From contig JAZUBT010000037.1 in assembly GCA_045638685.1 (NCBI GenBank), positions 34,483 to 98,482 of the forward strand: DNA of 64,000 bases. Reading direction: 5' to 3'. Each line of letters starts with the position of its first letter. Positions within the stretch are counted from its first letter, which is position 1. The position numbers were made by a program, and so were the translations under genes. This document shows positions 19,097-27,935 of the stretch, one piece after another. Origin of the DNA: Eubacteriales bacterium (GTDB lineage Bacteria; Bacillota; Clostridia; Oscillospirales; CAG-272). The notes beneath the pieces are model-generated. The model did no database searches. It saw nothing but the letters and a program-made list of their open reading frames with translations, and was not told where the DNA came from.

Positions 19097-19693
19097 TCAA
19101 AAGCCCTGCTGCTCGTCAAGAGTCATTGTAAAAGCAGGTAAAAAGTGCTCCATAAAATACTTGATTTCTGGAAGCTCGGTTTCAAGCAGCTTCTTTTCAA
19201 TTCCGACCTTCGCGCTGGAAAACTCGGTATTATGGAACTTTTCCTCCTCAACGCATTTTATATATGCGCACAGCCTATCCGCGCCTTTAACTATCTTATG
19301 AAGCTCCGCGTCCCCGTCTTCCTCACAAAAAAGAGACTTAAACTCATCAAAAAGCTCGGGGGGGAGCTTTTCAACCAAGCTTTTCGCGCTTTGCTCCTCT
19401 ATTATACCGAATTCACTTCGTATAGCGGGACTTGCATATTTAATCGGGGTAGGCATATCTCCCGTAAAAACCTCGGGAACATCGTGGTAAAGCGCAAGAA
19501 TTACCGCCTTTCCCGTGTCATAATTCTTGCCGAAAACCTTATTACCGATAACGGCAAGTGCGTGTGTAATGAGCGCGCACTCAGAGGAATGCTGCGCAAG
19601 ACTTTCGGGAAGAGCGTTTCTCATAAGCCCCCATCTCTGAATATATTTCTGTCGAAAAACCAACGCAAAAAAAGGGCTGATTTTTTTATCCAT
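19097..19693 (-). CDS. yfbR: HD-domain 5'-deoxynucleotidase (YfbR-like)
   Basis: The sequence aligns closely by eye with E. coli YfbR: RWGLMRN, ESLAQHS, LYHDVPEVFTGDMPTP, ADRLCAYIKCVEE and the C-terminal TMTLDE. Confidence 0.88.
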   Translation of the reverse strand: MDKKISPFFALVFRQKYIQRWGLMRNALPESLAQHSSECALITHALAVIGNKVFGKNYDTGKAVILALYHDVPEVFTGDMPTPIKYASPAIRSEFGIIEEQSAKSLVEKLPPELFDEFKSLFCEEDGDAELHKIVKGADRLCAYIKCVEEEKFHNTEFSSAKVGIEKKLLETELPEIKYFMEHFLPAFTMTLDEQQGF

Positions 19694-19819
19694 ATCGCTT
19701 TACTCTCCTCCCCAAAGCTAAAAATCTCTACATTCAATTATATCACTTAAATACCTCGTTGTCAATAACAAAACCCTTTTTCTTTTTTTCAAAAACAAAC
19801 TCTTTTTTCGTTTTCCTTA

Positions 19820-19848
19820 TTGACAAGGTTGTCAAAAAATGATAAAAT
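19820..19848 (+). promoter_or_regulatory. Sigma-A type promoter upstream of thyX
   Basis: TTGACA and an extended -10 (TGATAAAAT) are separated by a 17 nt spacer. This predicts a leader of about 180 nt. Confidence 0.55.
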
Positions 19849-20035
19849 GTATGTAAGTGATTTTAACGTGGGGCGTTAGAGCGAAAATAAAAGCGTTACG
19901 CATATACCGAACAAACGGTTTTTCAGCCGTCTTTATCGCCTTGTGTAAGACGTGCCGCCCTCAAAAGCTACACCGAAAATCGCAAAAATATTGATTAAAG
20001 CTACAAGCCCCATACTGAAAGGAACGGTTTAAAAA

Positions 20036-20794
20036 ATGAAGGTTGAATTAATCGCGCACACCCCCGACGCAGACAAAATAATAGCCGCCGCCGCTAAGCT
20101 CTGCTATGCAAAAAGCGACATTTCTACACTTATGGACAAGCTTACCCCCGAAAAAGTTGAGGAGTTTCTCGAAATGCTCTCCGACCTCGGACACGAAAGC
20201 CCTGTCGAGCACGCGGTTTTCACTTTTGGTATAGAGGGTGTTTCAAGAGCGCTTCTCGCCCAGATAACCCGCCACAGAATAGCGTCTTTCTCTGTACAGA
20301 GCCAAAGATACGTTGACAAAAGCAGCTTTGACTATATCGTTCCGCCGGAAATAGCAAGAGTCCCCGAGGCTTTAGAGGAATATAACGCTGCAATGAAAGA
20401 GGACGCCGAGCACTACGCAAGATTAAAGGCTATACTCACAAAGGCAAATTACGAGCGCCTGATTTCCGAGGGAAAAAGCGAAGCAGATGCTAAAAAAGCA
20501 GCGGAAAAGGCGGCAAACGAGGACGCAAGGTTCGTTCTCCCCAACGCCTGCGACACAAGAATGATAATGACAATGAACGTCCGTTCACTCTGGAATTTCT
20601 TTAAGCTTCGCTGCTGTACGCGCGCGCAGTGGGAAATCCGCGAGCTCGCTACCGAAATGCTCCGTCTTTGTAAGGAAGCGTGTCCGCTTCTCTTCAAGTA
20701 CGCCGGACCTGCTTGTATAAAAGGCAAATGCGCCGAGGGCGCCTTCACCTGCGGAAAGATAACCGAGGTAAGAGAACGTTTTTCAAAAATGTAA
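20036..20794 (+). CDS. thyX: FAD-dependent thymidylate synthase ThyX
   Basis: The ThyX signature RHRIASFSVQSQRY (RHRxxSxxxxSxR) is present, and the length is typical. Confidence 0.95.
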   Translation: MKVELIAHTPDADKIIAAAAKLCYAKSDISTLMDKLTPEKVEEFLEMLSDLGHESPVEHAVFTFGIEGVSRALLAQITRHRIASFSVQSQRYVDKSSFDYIVPPEIARVPEALEEYNAAMKEDAEHYARLKAILTKANYERLISEGKSEADAKKAAEKAANEDARFVLPNACDTRMIMTMNVRSLWNFFKLRCCTRAQWEIRELATEMLRLCKEACPLLFKYAGPACIKGKCAEGAFTCGKITEVRERFSKM

Positions 20795-20873
20795 TCCGGA
20801 ATAAAGCTTTTCACAGCCGCAAGGATACAATCACAAAAGCTTTCATTCTGCAAAAATCAAACTTCATTAAACA

Positions 20874-20916
20874 CAAAAAGACCGAAAACATAAAGCGTTT
20901 TCGGTCTTTGTTTTTA
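20874..20916. terminator. Bidirectional rho-independent terminator between convergent thyX and the lipoprotein gene
   Basis: The hairpin gaccgaaaac-ataaagc-gttttcggtc is flanked by an A-run and a T-run. Confidence 0.7.
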
Positions 20917-20929
20917 TTGTTCTACGGGC

Positions 20930-23900
20930 TTATTCGCCGTCTTCCTGAGCGCCCTGCTCATTCGTGGGAACAATCGCGTAGTAATTCTTGCCGCATCCGC
21001 AAGAGCAGACGAAATGGTCAACGGTAATACCGTCATCATGTACGGCACGGTCGCTTTCCTTTGCTTCGGGTTTGCGGTAGCATTTTACTACATTATCATC
21101 GTCTTCATCTGTACCTTCTTGTTTTTCGCTCCAAAGGGGAATCTTAATGTTTTCCTTTTTAACGGCTATATGGCCGCAGTCGCTGCAAACACTCTTTGTA
21201 TATCCCGAAGAGGTACATGTAGGAGCAACAGTCTCAACGTCTGTGTATGTATGATTTCCTTCTGTACAGAACTCGCCCACGTTCTCGCCAATGTAGGCCT
21301 CGCTTCTTATCGTATCGTTTTCGAAGCTTACCGTCTCAAAGTAGATTGTGGTTCCGTCCATAAGCTTTCCGTTACCGTTACCTGCAAGCTCGCCCTCAAA
21401 TTCGATGCGAAGCGACGTTACGTCGTCCATCCTTCCGCTCGTAGTACCTACACTCTTGAAGCAGGGATAAGCCGCGTTATCGGGATTTTCGAAAAGCGGA
21501 ATGGTTACCGTCTGCCAACCAAGGCTATGTAAATATATGCGTATCTGGTAGCAGCCGCTCGCTGTCATAAGCTTGAATATAACGTTATATCCGCTGGTAG
21601 CCTCAACGTTAAGGCTTACGGTCAGGTATTTGTAACCGGATAAATCGTACACTCCGGGGGTGTTGCCCGCAAGCTTTGTATTAGTAAAGGTTTTAAACTC
21701 TATCGCCTTAAGAGCGTTGGTTTCATACTGTGTTGTTTTAAGAACAGTTTTGTCGCCAAGCTTCGTAACAGTTACTCCTGCGTAATCAAAGCTCTGATCC
21801 TCATAGAATTTAATCGCGTCAAACTTCTCAAGAATCTCGGTTTTTACGGTTACCGTTTCAGCTTTTCCGGGAATTATTTTGTTTACGGGAGAGACTGAAC
21901 CTGCATACAAAGCGGTATTAGCCATATGGAAATCAAACGCGCCGCCGTCAATAACCATAAACTTATATCCAAGCGCGGTGTATTTAGGATTTGCATATTC
22001 GGACTTGGCTTTTACGCCCTCAGAACGGCAAACTCCGTTAATATACACGTCGTAGGTTCCTTCAGCCTCGTTTATAACTATATTGTAGGTAATCCATCCG
22101 TCCTGCGCAACGGAATAAATTTCCTTTCCGTCTCCGGAACACAGTTTACCATTTTCAAGATAGAGGAAATCCTGAAGCTGAACTCCGTCGCTCGTCTGTT
22201 TTCTACCCTGAGCAAGTATTATTTTACCGTCGTTCATTTTGCTGCCGGTAAAGCTGCCTGCGTTAAATTTAATCTCGTTGTAAAGAACCGCGCCGCTATT
22301 ATTCATAATCGATTCGGCGGTTGAGATTTCGGAAACAGTTTTAGAGGTATCTGCGTCCGGAATACTCGTTTCACCATCAACCTTAATGCAGTGAAGTGCG
22401 GGAAGCTCTGTTCCGGATGCTCCGACGATGCTTTCAACATATGCGCGGAATCCCTTGTTGCTGGATATCTGCATCTTGTTTCCAAGTACGCCAGCGGTGT
22501 TGTTCGGGATATAAAGCAGTTCGTTGTCGGTAACGTTTTTGCCTGCGTCGTAATTTGTCTCAGCCGTATTCGGAAGTAAGGGGTTGGTTATGTAAACCGG
22601 AGCAGACGCATTATAAATATACATATCGTCAACGTCAAGAGTTCTTTTTTCTCCGGCTGCACTATCAAATAAGAAACGGTGTTGGTAAAAGACGCCCCAT
22701 TCGGGAATAACGTAATCCGTTTCTCCTTTTTTCATAAGGACATTCTGAGCCATAAGCTCGCCGTTAAAGTAAGCGTCAATGGTTACCGTGCTATGATGGA
22801 GTACAAAGGAAAGCTTAGAAAATTCCGTGCTGTTAAGCTGTCCTATATTAACAGCCGCACCGTCCGGAGCAAGTATGATACATCCTTTTTCATCCAACCT
22901 GAAAAGGGTAACCTGCGGTGCTACGTAAGCGTTATTGGCTTTTGTTCTATAATGCAGCTTCATGCTTCCCGTTGCAAATTTGCCGTTTGCGGGAAGCCTA
23001 AAGGACATTTCAAGAATTACGTCTGCACCGCTTTTCTTGAAGCTTTCGGACATTTCAAGGTATGCCTTGTCATCTTGATTGGTGCCATGATTTAACCTTA
23101 GGAAGGTATTTTGCAGTTCGGTTATTTTTTCGGCAGTAGTTGTGCCGAGGTTGTTGTCATGGAAAAGCATAGTAACGTTTCCGTTGCCTGTGTCGTACTT
23201 CGCGGCAACCGAGCTGTTAAAGCCCGCGCCGTCAACTCCGCCGTAAAAACTCGTCGTACCAAGCTTAGCCTTCATTTCTGCAACAGTCGGAAATACTCCG
23301 GGAACGGAAAGCGGACGCGTGGTCTTGAATTCATCCTCGTTACATCTAATACAGAAGCTCTCTATTACCTGTCCGTCCTTAGTGTCCTTGACTTCGGACT
23401 TCATGTAATGTCCGTACGCGGGGATTTCATTCGTTTTAATCGTAAGACCGCACCCGGGATTTGCACAGCGCCCCTCGCTGTAACCGTCTCTTAAGCAGTT
23501 AACCTCCAGCTTAACCTCGATATCAACAATGTTGTGTCCGAATTTATATTCGCCGTTAAACTCGTTCATTTCGCAGCCGCAGGCCTCACATTTTCCGACA
23601 ATATAACCGTCGGAATCACAGGTCGCGGGAACGTTACGGTAAGACGAGTCCTCGGTATCTATCTTGTGCGGAAGCTTCGCTACGGCTTCCTTATCTTTAT
23701 ATCCGCAAAGAGAGCATTTTTTGTAAACAGCGCCGTATTCGGTACAGGTAGGCGCTTTGTAGCCTTCATCACCCGGAAGCTGAACCATATTATGGCTGAG
23801 CTTTTCCGCAGTGGTAATATGCTCGGTCTGTCCGCTACATTCGGAGCAAAGCTTGTAGCTGTATCCGTCGTTGTAGCAATCTGCCGGCACAGACTTGTCG

Positions 23901-25078
23901 CTAAAGTTATGCGCACAGCCTTCGGTCAGCTTTTTATACATTATTTTATCGCGATTATGCTCCGTCTCAAACACGCCGTAGTCGGGATCAAAAGGATTTC
24001 CTTCATATCCCTTGGGAGAGAACGCAATATAAACGTCTATGTTGTCAACCGCAAACGACGAAGCTACTTCAACCTCGTGAGTCATAGCAATCTTGAAGTT
24101 TTCAAGGTCCATTCCGGCAAAATAGTCGTCGTTCAGATATTCAACGTCCTTGATTACGAGCTTGTTGTCTATGTAGAACTCATACATGCGGTCAATGTCG
24201 TTAAGAACGACGGAGAACCTTATCCATCTGTCGTAATCGGAATCCTTAAGTGTATAAATAGAACCGTAGGTGATAGCTATGGTATGAGTGTCGGCATCAT
24301 AAGTAAGGAAATCAACGGCAGCAAGCTCCTTGTTTCCGGAAAGTAGAACGAGGTCCTTCGTGTTGTCCTTATTGATTTTAACGTCGAACTCAACTACGTA
24401 GCTGTTGGACTTAAGTCTGCTGTATCCGGGAGCAAATACTGCACCGTAGCCGTGATCGCCTATGCTGATTTTATCGGTTCTTTCTATGTAAAGATAGGAG
24501 TTAGCGGGCGCAACATCGGTCTTGTAATAGTCAGCTTCGGTTACTCCGTCGGGAGTATATACGACAAGCGCGTCGTAGCTGAGCGTATTCTTCCACTCAC
24601 CCTCAAAATCGGTGTTGAAACCGACAAGTCTGGTGTGAGTAACACCTGAGCATCTATCACACGATGCCGTTTCGCTGTAACCGTCCTCGGAAAGAGAGTA
24701 GTTAATAAACTTATGACCGAGCGCGGAGCCCTCCTTTGCTATTGTTTCGGAGTGGGTACAAAGGGCACAGGTTCTCGTCTCGGTTCCGTCCTCTGTACAC
24801 GTGGCATCCTCGTTATACACCCATTCAGCCTTAGCAATGGTATGTCCATCGGGCTTCCATACGTACTGCTCAACCTTTTTACATACCCTACAGGTTCTCT
24901 CCTTTATACCTGGCTCGGTACAGGTTCTTTTCTCGATCGTTACTTCTTTTTTGTTCCAATCGTGCCCTTTAACGGAGCACTCATCTTCCTCTTCACTGTC
25001 TTTTTTACAAGCGACAAGCAGTGAAAAAGGAATCATCAGAACCGCAAGAAGAAGTGCGAGTATCCGTATTTTTTTCAT
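20930..25078 (-). CDS. About 1380 aa surface lipoprotein with repeated four-Cys knuckle modules and lectin/LamG-like beta-sandwich regions
   Basis: I place the start at the internal ATG at 25078 because of the AAGGAGAG RBS. A signal peptide and lipobox follow (LLLAVLMIPFSLLVAC). About 10 copies of C-x3-G-x5-C-x2-C, often flanked by GH, sit in three clusters at 24644-24979, 23328-23917 and 20975-21290. Confidence 0.85.
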   Translation of the reverse strand: MKKIRILALLLAVLMIPFSLLVACKKDSEEEDECSVKGHDWNKKEVTIEKRTCTEPGIKERTCRVCKKVEQYVWKPDGHTIAKAEWVYNEDATCTEDGTETRTCALCTHSETIAKEGSALGHKFINYSLSEDGYSETASCDRCSGVTHTRLVGFNTDFEGEWKNTLSYDALVVYTPDGVTEADYYKTDVAPANSYLYIERTDKISIGDHGYGAVFAPGYSRLKSNSYVVEFDVKINKDNTKDLVLLSGNKELAAVDFLTYDADTHTIAITYGSIYTLKDSDYDRWIRFSVVLNDIDRMYEFYIDNKLVIKDVEYLNDDYFAGMDLENFKIAMTHEVEVASSFAVDNIDVYIAFSPKGYEGNPFDPDYGVFETEHNRDKIMYKKLTEGCAHNFSDKSVPADCYNDGYSYKLCSECSGQTEHITTAEKLSHNMVQLPGDEGYKAPTCTEYGAVYKKCSLCGYKDKEAVAKLPHKIDTEDSSYRNVPATCDSDGYIVGKCEACGCEMNEFNGEYKFGHNIVDIEVKLEVNCLRDGYSEGRCANPGCGLTIKTNEIPAYGHYMKSEVKDTKDGQVIESFCIRCNEDEFKTTRPLSVPGVFPTVAEMKAKLGTTSFYGGVDGAGFNSSVAAKYDTGNGNVTMLFHDNNLGTTTAEKITELQNTFLRLNHGTNQDDKAYLEMSESFKKSGADVILEMSFRLPANGKFATGSMKLHYRTKANNAYVAPQVTLFRLDEKGCIILAPDGAAVNIGQLNSTEFSKLSFVLHHSTVTIDAYFNGELMAQNVLMKKGETDYVIPEWGVFYQHRFLFDSAAGEKRTLDVDDMYIYNASAPVYITNPLLPNTAETNYDAGKNVTDNELLYIPNNTAGVLGNKMQISSNKGFRAYVESIVGASGTELPALHCIKVDGETSIPDADTSKTVSEISTAESIMNNSGAVLYNEIKFNAGSFTGSKMNDGKIILAQGRKQTSDGVQLQDFLYLENGKLCSGDGKEIYSVAQDGWITYNIVINEAEGTYDVYINGVCRSEGVKAKSEYANPKYTALGYKFMVIDGGAFDFHMANTALYAGSVSPVNKIIPGKAETVTVKTEILEKFDAIKFYEDQSFDYAGVTVTKLGDKTVLKTTQYETNALKAIEFKTFTNTKLAGNTPGVYDLSGYKYLTVSLNVEATSGYNVIFKLMTASGCYQIRIYLHSLGWQTVTIPLFENPDNAAYPCFKSVGTTSGRMDDVTSLRIEFEGELAGNGNGKLMDGTTIYFETVSFENDTIRSEAYIGENVGEFCTEGNHTYTDVETVAPTCTSSGYTKSVCSDCGHIAVKKENIKIPLWSEKQEGTDEDDDNVVKCYRKPEAKESDRAVHDDGITVDHFVCSCGCGKNYYAIVPTNEQGAQEDGE

Positions 25079-25367
25079 ATTTGCTCTCCTTAAAAAGATT
25101 ATTTTGCAAGTACAATTATAGCATTCCGAGGTTGTTTTATCAATGTATTTTTTCAATCACGAAATGTATTATTTCAACCCGATTTATTGTTATTCGCAAT
25201 ATAACCAAAAAGATATTTATATTTTATAGCAAACTACCCAAAGCGCCACCGAGTTTACAAGCACTGTCGTCCTTTTTTATCTTGAAAAATGACGCGCTTA
25301 CAAAAATTCACACTAAATTAACATTTTTAAACCGTTAAATTCAAAGAATTATGTTAAAATTGCGTTT

Positions 25368-25392
25368 GAAATTGAAACCGAGTTTCATTTTC
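25368..25392. promoter_or_regulatory. Candidate Fur-family (Zur) operator palindrome
   Basis: The sequence GAAATTGAAAC-CGA-GTTTCATTTTC matches 9 of 10 positions as an inverted repeat. It lies 20 nt upstream of the zur start codon. Confidence 0.4.
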
Positions 25393-25411
25393 GAAAGTAA
25401 CACAAAAGGGG

Positions 25412-25801
25412 TTGAGCGACATCAACAGAGAAAGCGGCTACAAAACGCGCCAGCGCGAGGCAATTCTCGAATATCTTAAAAAGGAAAACCGCTGCGTAAG
25501 CGCGGAAGACATAATAAACGCTCTCGGCGCTTCAAAGGCTACCGCTTACAGAAGCCTTGAGCGCTTCGTAAGCGAGGGAATCGTTCTTCGTTTTTCGGGA
25601 GACGTTGGAGAAGGTGCGGTTTACAGATACAACAAAAGTCATAGCGGACACTTTCATCTTAAGTGCACAAGCTGTGGAAAAACAGTGTGCGCAGACTGCG
25701 GATTTATAAAACAAATGGAGGAGCATTTTATGGCTCACCACGGCTTCGGTCTCAGCAAATCGCAAACCGTTTTTTACGGCACATGCTCCGATTGCAGATA
25801 A
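25412..25801 (+). CDS. zur: Fur family transcriptional regulator, probably Zur
   Basis: It uses a TTG start after an AAAGGGG RBS. It has a winged-helix N-terminus and metal sites HFHLKCTSCGK...CSDC. It sits immediately upstream of a zinc-type ABC importer. Confidence 0.85.
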   Translation: MSDINRESGYKTRQREAILEYLKKENRCVSAEDIINALGASKATAYRSLERFVSEGIVLRFSGDVGEGAVYRYNKSHSGHFHLKCTSCGKTVCADCGFIKQMEEHFMAHHGFGLSKSQTVFYGTCSDCR

Positions 25802-25840
25802 ACGCGACGGCACGTTAAAACACGAGGTTAAAATTCGAAT

Positions 25841-26833
25841 ATGAAAAAGACAAAAATGAGTTTGATAAAAATTTTGCTTTTAGCGTTAATACTAACGGCA
25901 TTTTCAAGTGTTTTCCCCGCTTGCTCGGGAGCCGAGCTTTACAGCGAGGGAGACGGACAGCTGAATGTTGTATGCACAAGCTTTCCGCCGTTTGATTTCG
26001 CAAGACAGATAGGCGGAGAAAAAATCACGGTTACCGTTTTACAGGATAACGGGGCGGACCTTCACAACTACTCCCCCACCGCAAAAACGCTCAGAGCTAT
26101 CAGCGAAGCGGATATTTTCATATGTATTGGCGGCGAGTCGGAAAAAAACTGGGTAGAGGACGTTATAGGCTCTGCCGAAAACCCCGATTTAACGGTACTG
26201 TATCTTACCGACGAAATAGAGCTTATACACGCCGAGCTTGAAGGCCATAACCACGGAGACGGGCACGGCGAAGACGAGGCTCACGGTAGCGAAGAACACG
26301 CCGGCGGCGGAGACGAGCATATATGGCTCTCACTCAAAAACGCGCTTAAAATATCGGATAAAATCTGCTCCGCGTTTATCGAAAAGGACGCTGATAACGC
26401 AACGTACTACTCGACAGAGGCGGACGCGTTCAAGGCAAAGCTTAACGCGCTTGACGGTGAGTACCGCGCGGCGGTTGACGGTGCTAAAACAAAAACCGTA
26501 GTGGTTGCCGACCGATTTCCTTTTATCTATTTGACAAACGATTACGGCCTCTGCTACTACGCTGCGTTCAGCGGCTGCTCAACCGAGGTAAATTCGGATT
26601 TCGCGACACAGGTTAAGCTTATTAACGCCGTAAAGGATCATTCCCTTTCGGCGGTAATAGTAACCGAGGGCGCGGACAAGGCGCTCGCAGACAATATTTG
26701 CGCCGAAACTGGGTGCAAAAAGGTTATGCTTAACTCAATGCAGTCGGTAACCCGCGCCGAGATACAGTCAGGCGCCACCTACCTCGATATTATGACAAAA
26801 AATCTCGCGGCGCTTAAAGAGGCGCTGGCGTAA
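25841..26833 (+). CDS. znuA: Zinc ABC transporter substrate-binding lipoprotein (ZnuA/TroA cluster 9)
   Basis: It has a lipobox (FPACSG) and a His/Asp/Glu-rich loop (HNHGDGHGEDEAHGSEEHAGGGDEH) characteristic of ZnuA. Confidence 0.9.
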   Translation: MKKTKMSLIKILLLALILTAFSSVFPACSGAELYSEGDGQLNVVCTSFPPFDFARQIGGEKITVTVLQDNGADLHNYSPTAKTLRAISEADIFICIGGESEKNWVEDVIGSAENPDLTVLYLTDEIELIHAELEGHNHGDGHGEDEAHGSEEHAGGGDEHIWLSLKNALKISDKICSAFIEKDADNATYYSTEADAFKAKLNALDGEYRAAVDGAKTKTVVVADRFPFIYLTNDYGLCYYAAFSGCSTEVNSDFATQVKLINAVKDHSLSAVIVTEGADKALADNICAETGCKKVMLNSMQSVTRAEIQSGATYLDIMTKNLAALKEALA

Positions 26834-26890
26834 AGTCGGTTTCTGTTCTGCGTCGGTAAAAAGCACACCCCGTGCCCCGATGGAACACAC

Positions 26891-27050
26891 ACTTTCCACA
26901 GTCCCCCGTACTTCGTGAAACGCACCGACCACCACAAATAAACACACCCGTGCCTCGCGAAACGCACCGACTGCCACAAATAAACACACCCGTGCCTCGC
27001 GAAACACACCTACCACCACAAATAAACACACCCGTACCTCAAAATACATC
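26891..27050. repeat. 42 bp tandem repeat, about 3.5 copies, in the znuA-znuC spacer
   Basis: The unit is ccacaaataaacacacccgtgcctcgcgaaacgcaccgactg, with copies starting at 26933, 26975 and 27017. The plus strand is strongly C/A rich. Confidence 0.9.
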
Positions 27051-27110
27051 CACCGCAGCTTCACATAGCATTTAAAAAACGGAAGAAAAGCAAAATCACG
27101 GAGAAAAACA

Positions 27111-27935
27111 ATGGCACTTATAAAATCGGAAAACCTTGCCCTCGGATACGAGGGGCATATAATCGTTGAAAACCTGAATTTTGAGATTAACGAGGGAGAT
27201 TATCTTTGCATAATCGGAGAAAACGGCTCCGGCAAAAGTACTCTTATGAAAACACTTCTCGGACTAAAATCAAAAATGGGCGGCTCTCTTACCTTCGGAG
27301 ACGGACTTAAGAAAAATCAGATAGGATACCTTCCGCAGCAGACGTTAACGCAAAGAGACTTCCCCGCGTCCGCATTTGAGGTGGTAATTTCCGGCTGTCT
27401 TAACCGCTCGGGATTTCGTCCGTTCTACACCGCTCTGCAAAAGGAGACGGCGAGATACAATATGATGCTTCTCGGAATAACCGAGCTTTCGGGCCGTTGT
27501 TACAGAGAGCTTTCGGGCGGCCAGCAGCAAAGAGTTTTACTTGCCCGCGCGCTTTGTGCCTCGTCTAAGCTGCTTATCCTCGACGAGCCTGTTTCCGGAC
27601 TTGATCCTAAGGTTACGCAGGAGATGTATTCGATAATTGAGCATCTTAACTCCTGCGGAGTAACTGTCGTTATGGTTTCGCACGACATTGAAGCGGCTAC
27701 CAAATACGCCTCTCACATTCTTCACATAAGCCACGAGCCGCTCTTCTTCGGCACGAAAGAAGCTTATCTCAAAAGTGAGGTTTTCGGGGCATTTTCGGGA
27801 AAAAGCCCGTTGAAAGACTCCGTCTCAAATGACAAAAAAAGCTTGTTAAACACAGCCTCAAACGAAGAAGCCGCTGCGCTTACCCTCACCCCGAACAGTA
27901 AAAACGTAAAAAGAGACACGAAAGGAGAGCAATAA
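27111..27935 (+). CDS. znuC: Zinc/metal ABC transporter ATP-binding protein
   Basis: It has Walker A (GENGSGKST), the signature LSGGQQQR and Walker B (LLILDEP). Confidence 0.92.
   Translation: MALIKSENLALGYEGHIIVENLNFEINEGDYLCIIGENGSGKSTLMKTLLGLKSKMGGSLTFGDGLKKNQIGYLPQQTLTQRDFPASAFEVVISGCLNRSGFRPFYTALQKETARYNMMLLGITELSGRCYRELSGGQQQRVLLARALCASSKLLILDEPVSGLDPKVTQEMYSIIEHLNSCGVTVVMVSHDIEAATKYASHILHISHEPLFFGTKEAYLKSEVFGAFSGKSPLKDSVSNDKKSLLNTASNEEAAALTLTPNSKNVKRDTKGEQ

Noticed and set aside
19849-20035. THF-I riboswitch assignment for the thyX leader
   Set aside because: I could not find the conserved THF-I core segments as I recall them, so I kept this only as an unassigned leader in the findings.
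25079-25156. N-terminal 26 aa extension of the lipoprotein ORF (MKKYIDKTTSECYNCTCKIIFLRRAN)
   Set aside because: The internal ATG at 25078 is preceded by AAGGAGAG at ideal spacing and is followed immediately by a canonical signal peptide and lipobox. The upstream ATG has no RBS.
26768-27075. Four overlapping ORFs (three minus-strand, one plus-strand) of 67-98 aa with repetitive Pro/Arg/Cys/Val-rich translations
   Set aside because: They exist only because the 42 bp tandem repeat lacks stop codons in several frames. They have no RBS, they overlap each other, and their composition is repeat-driven.
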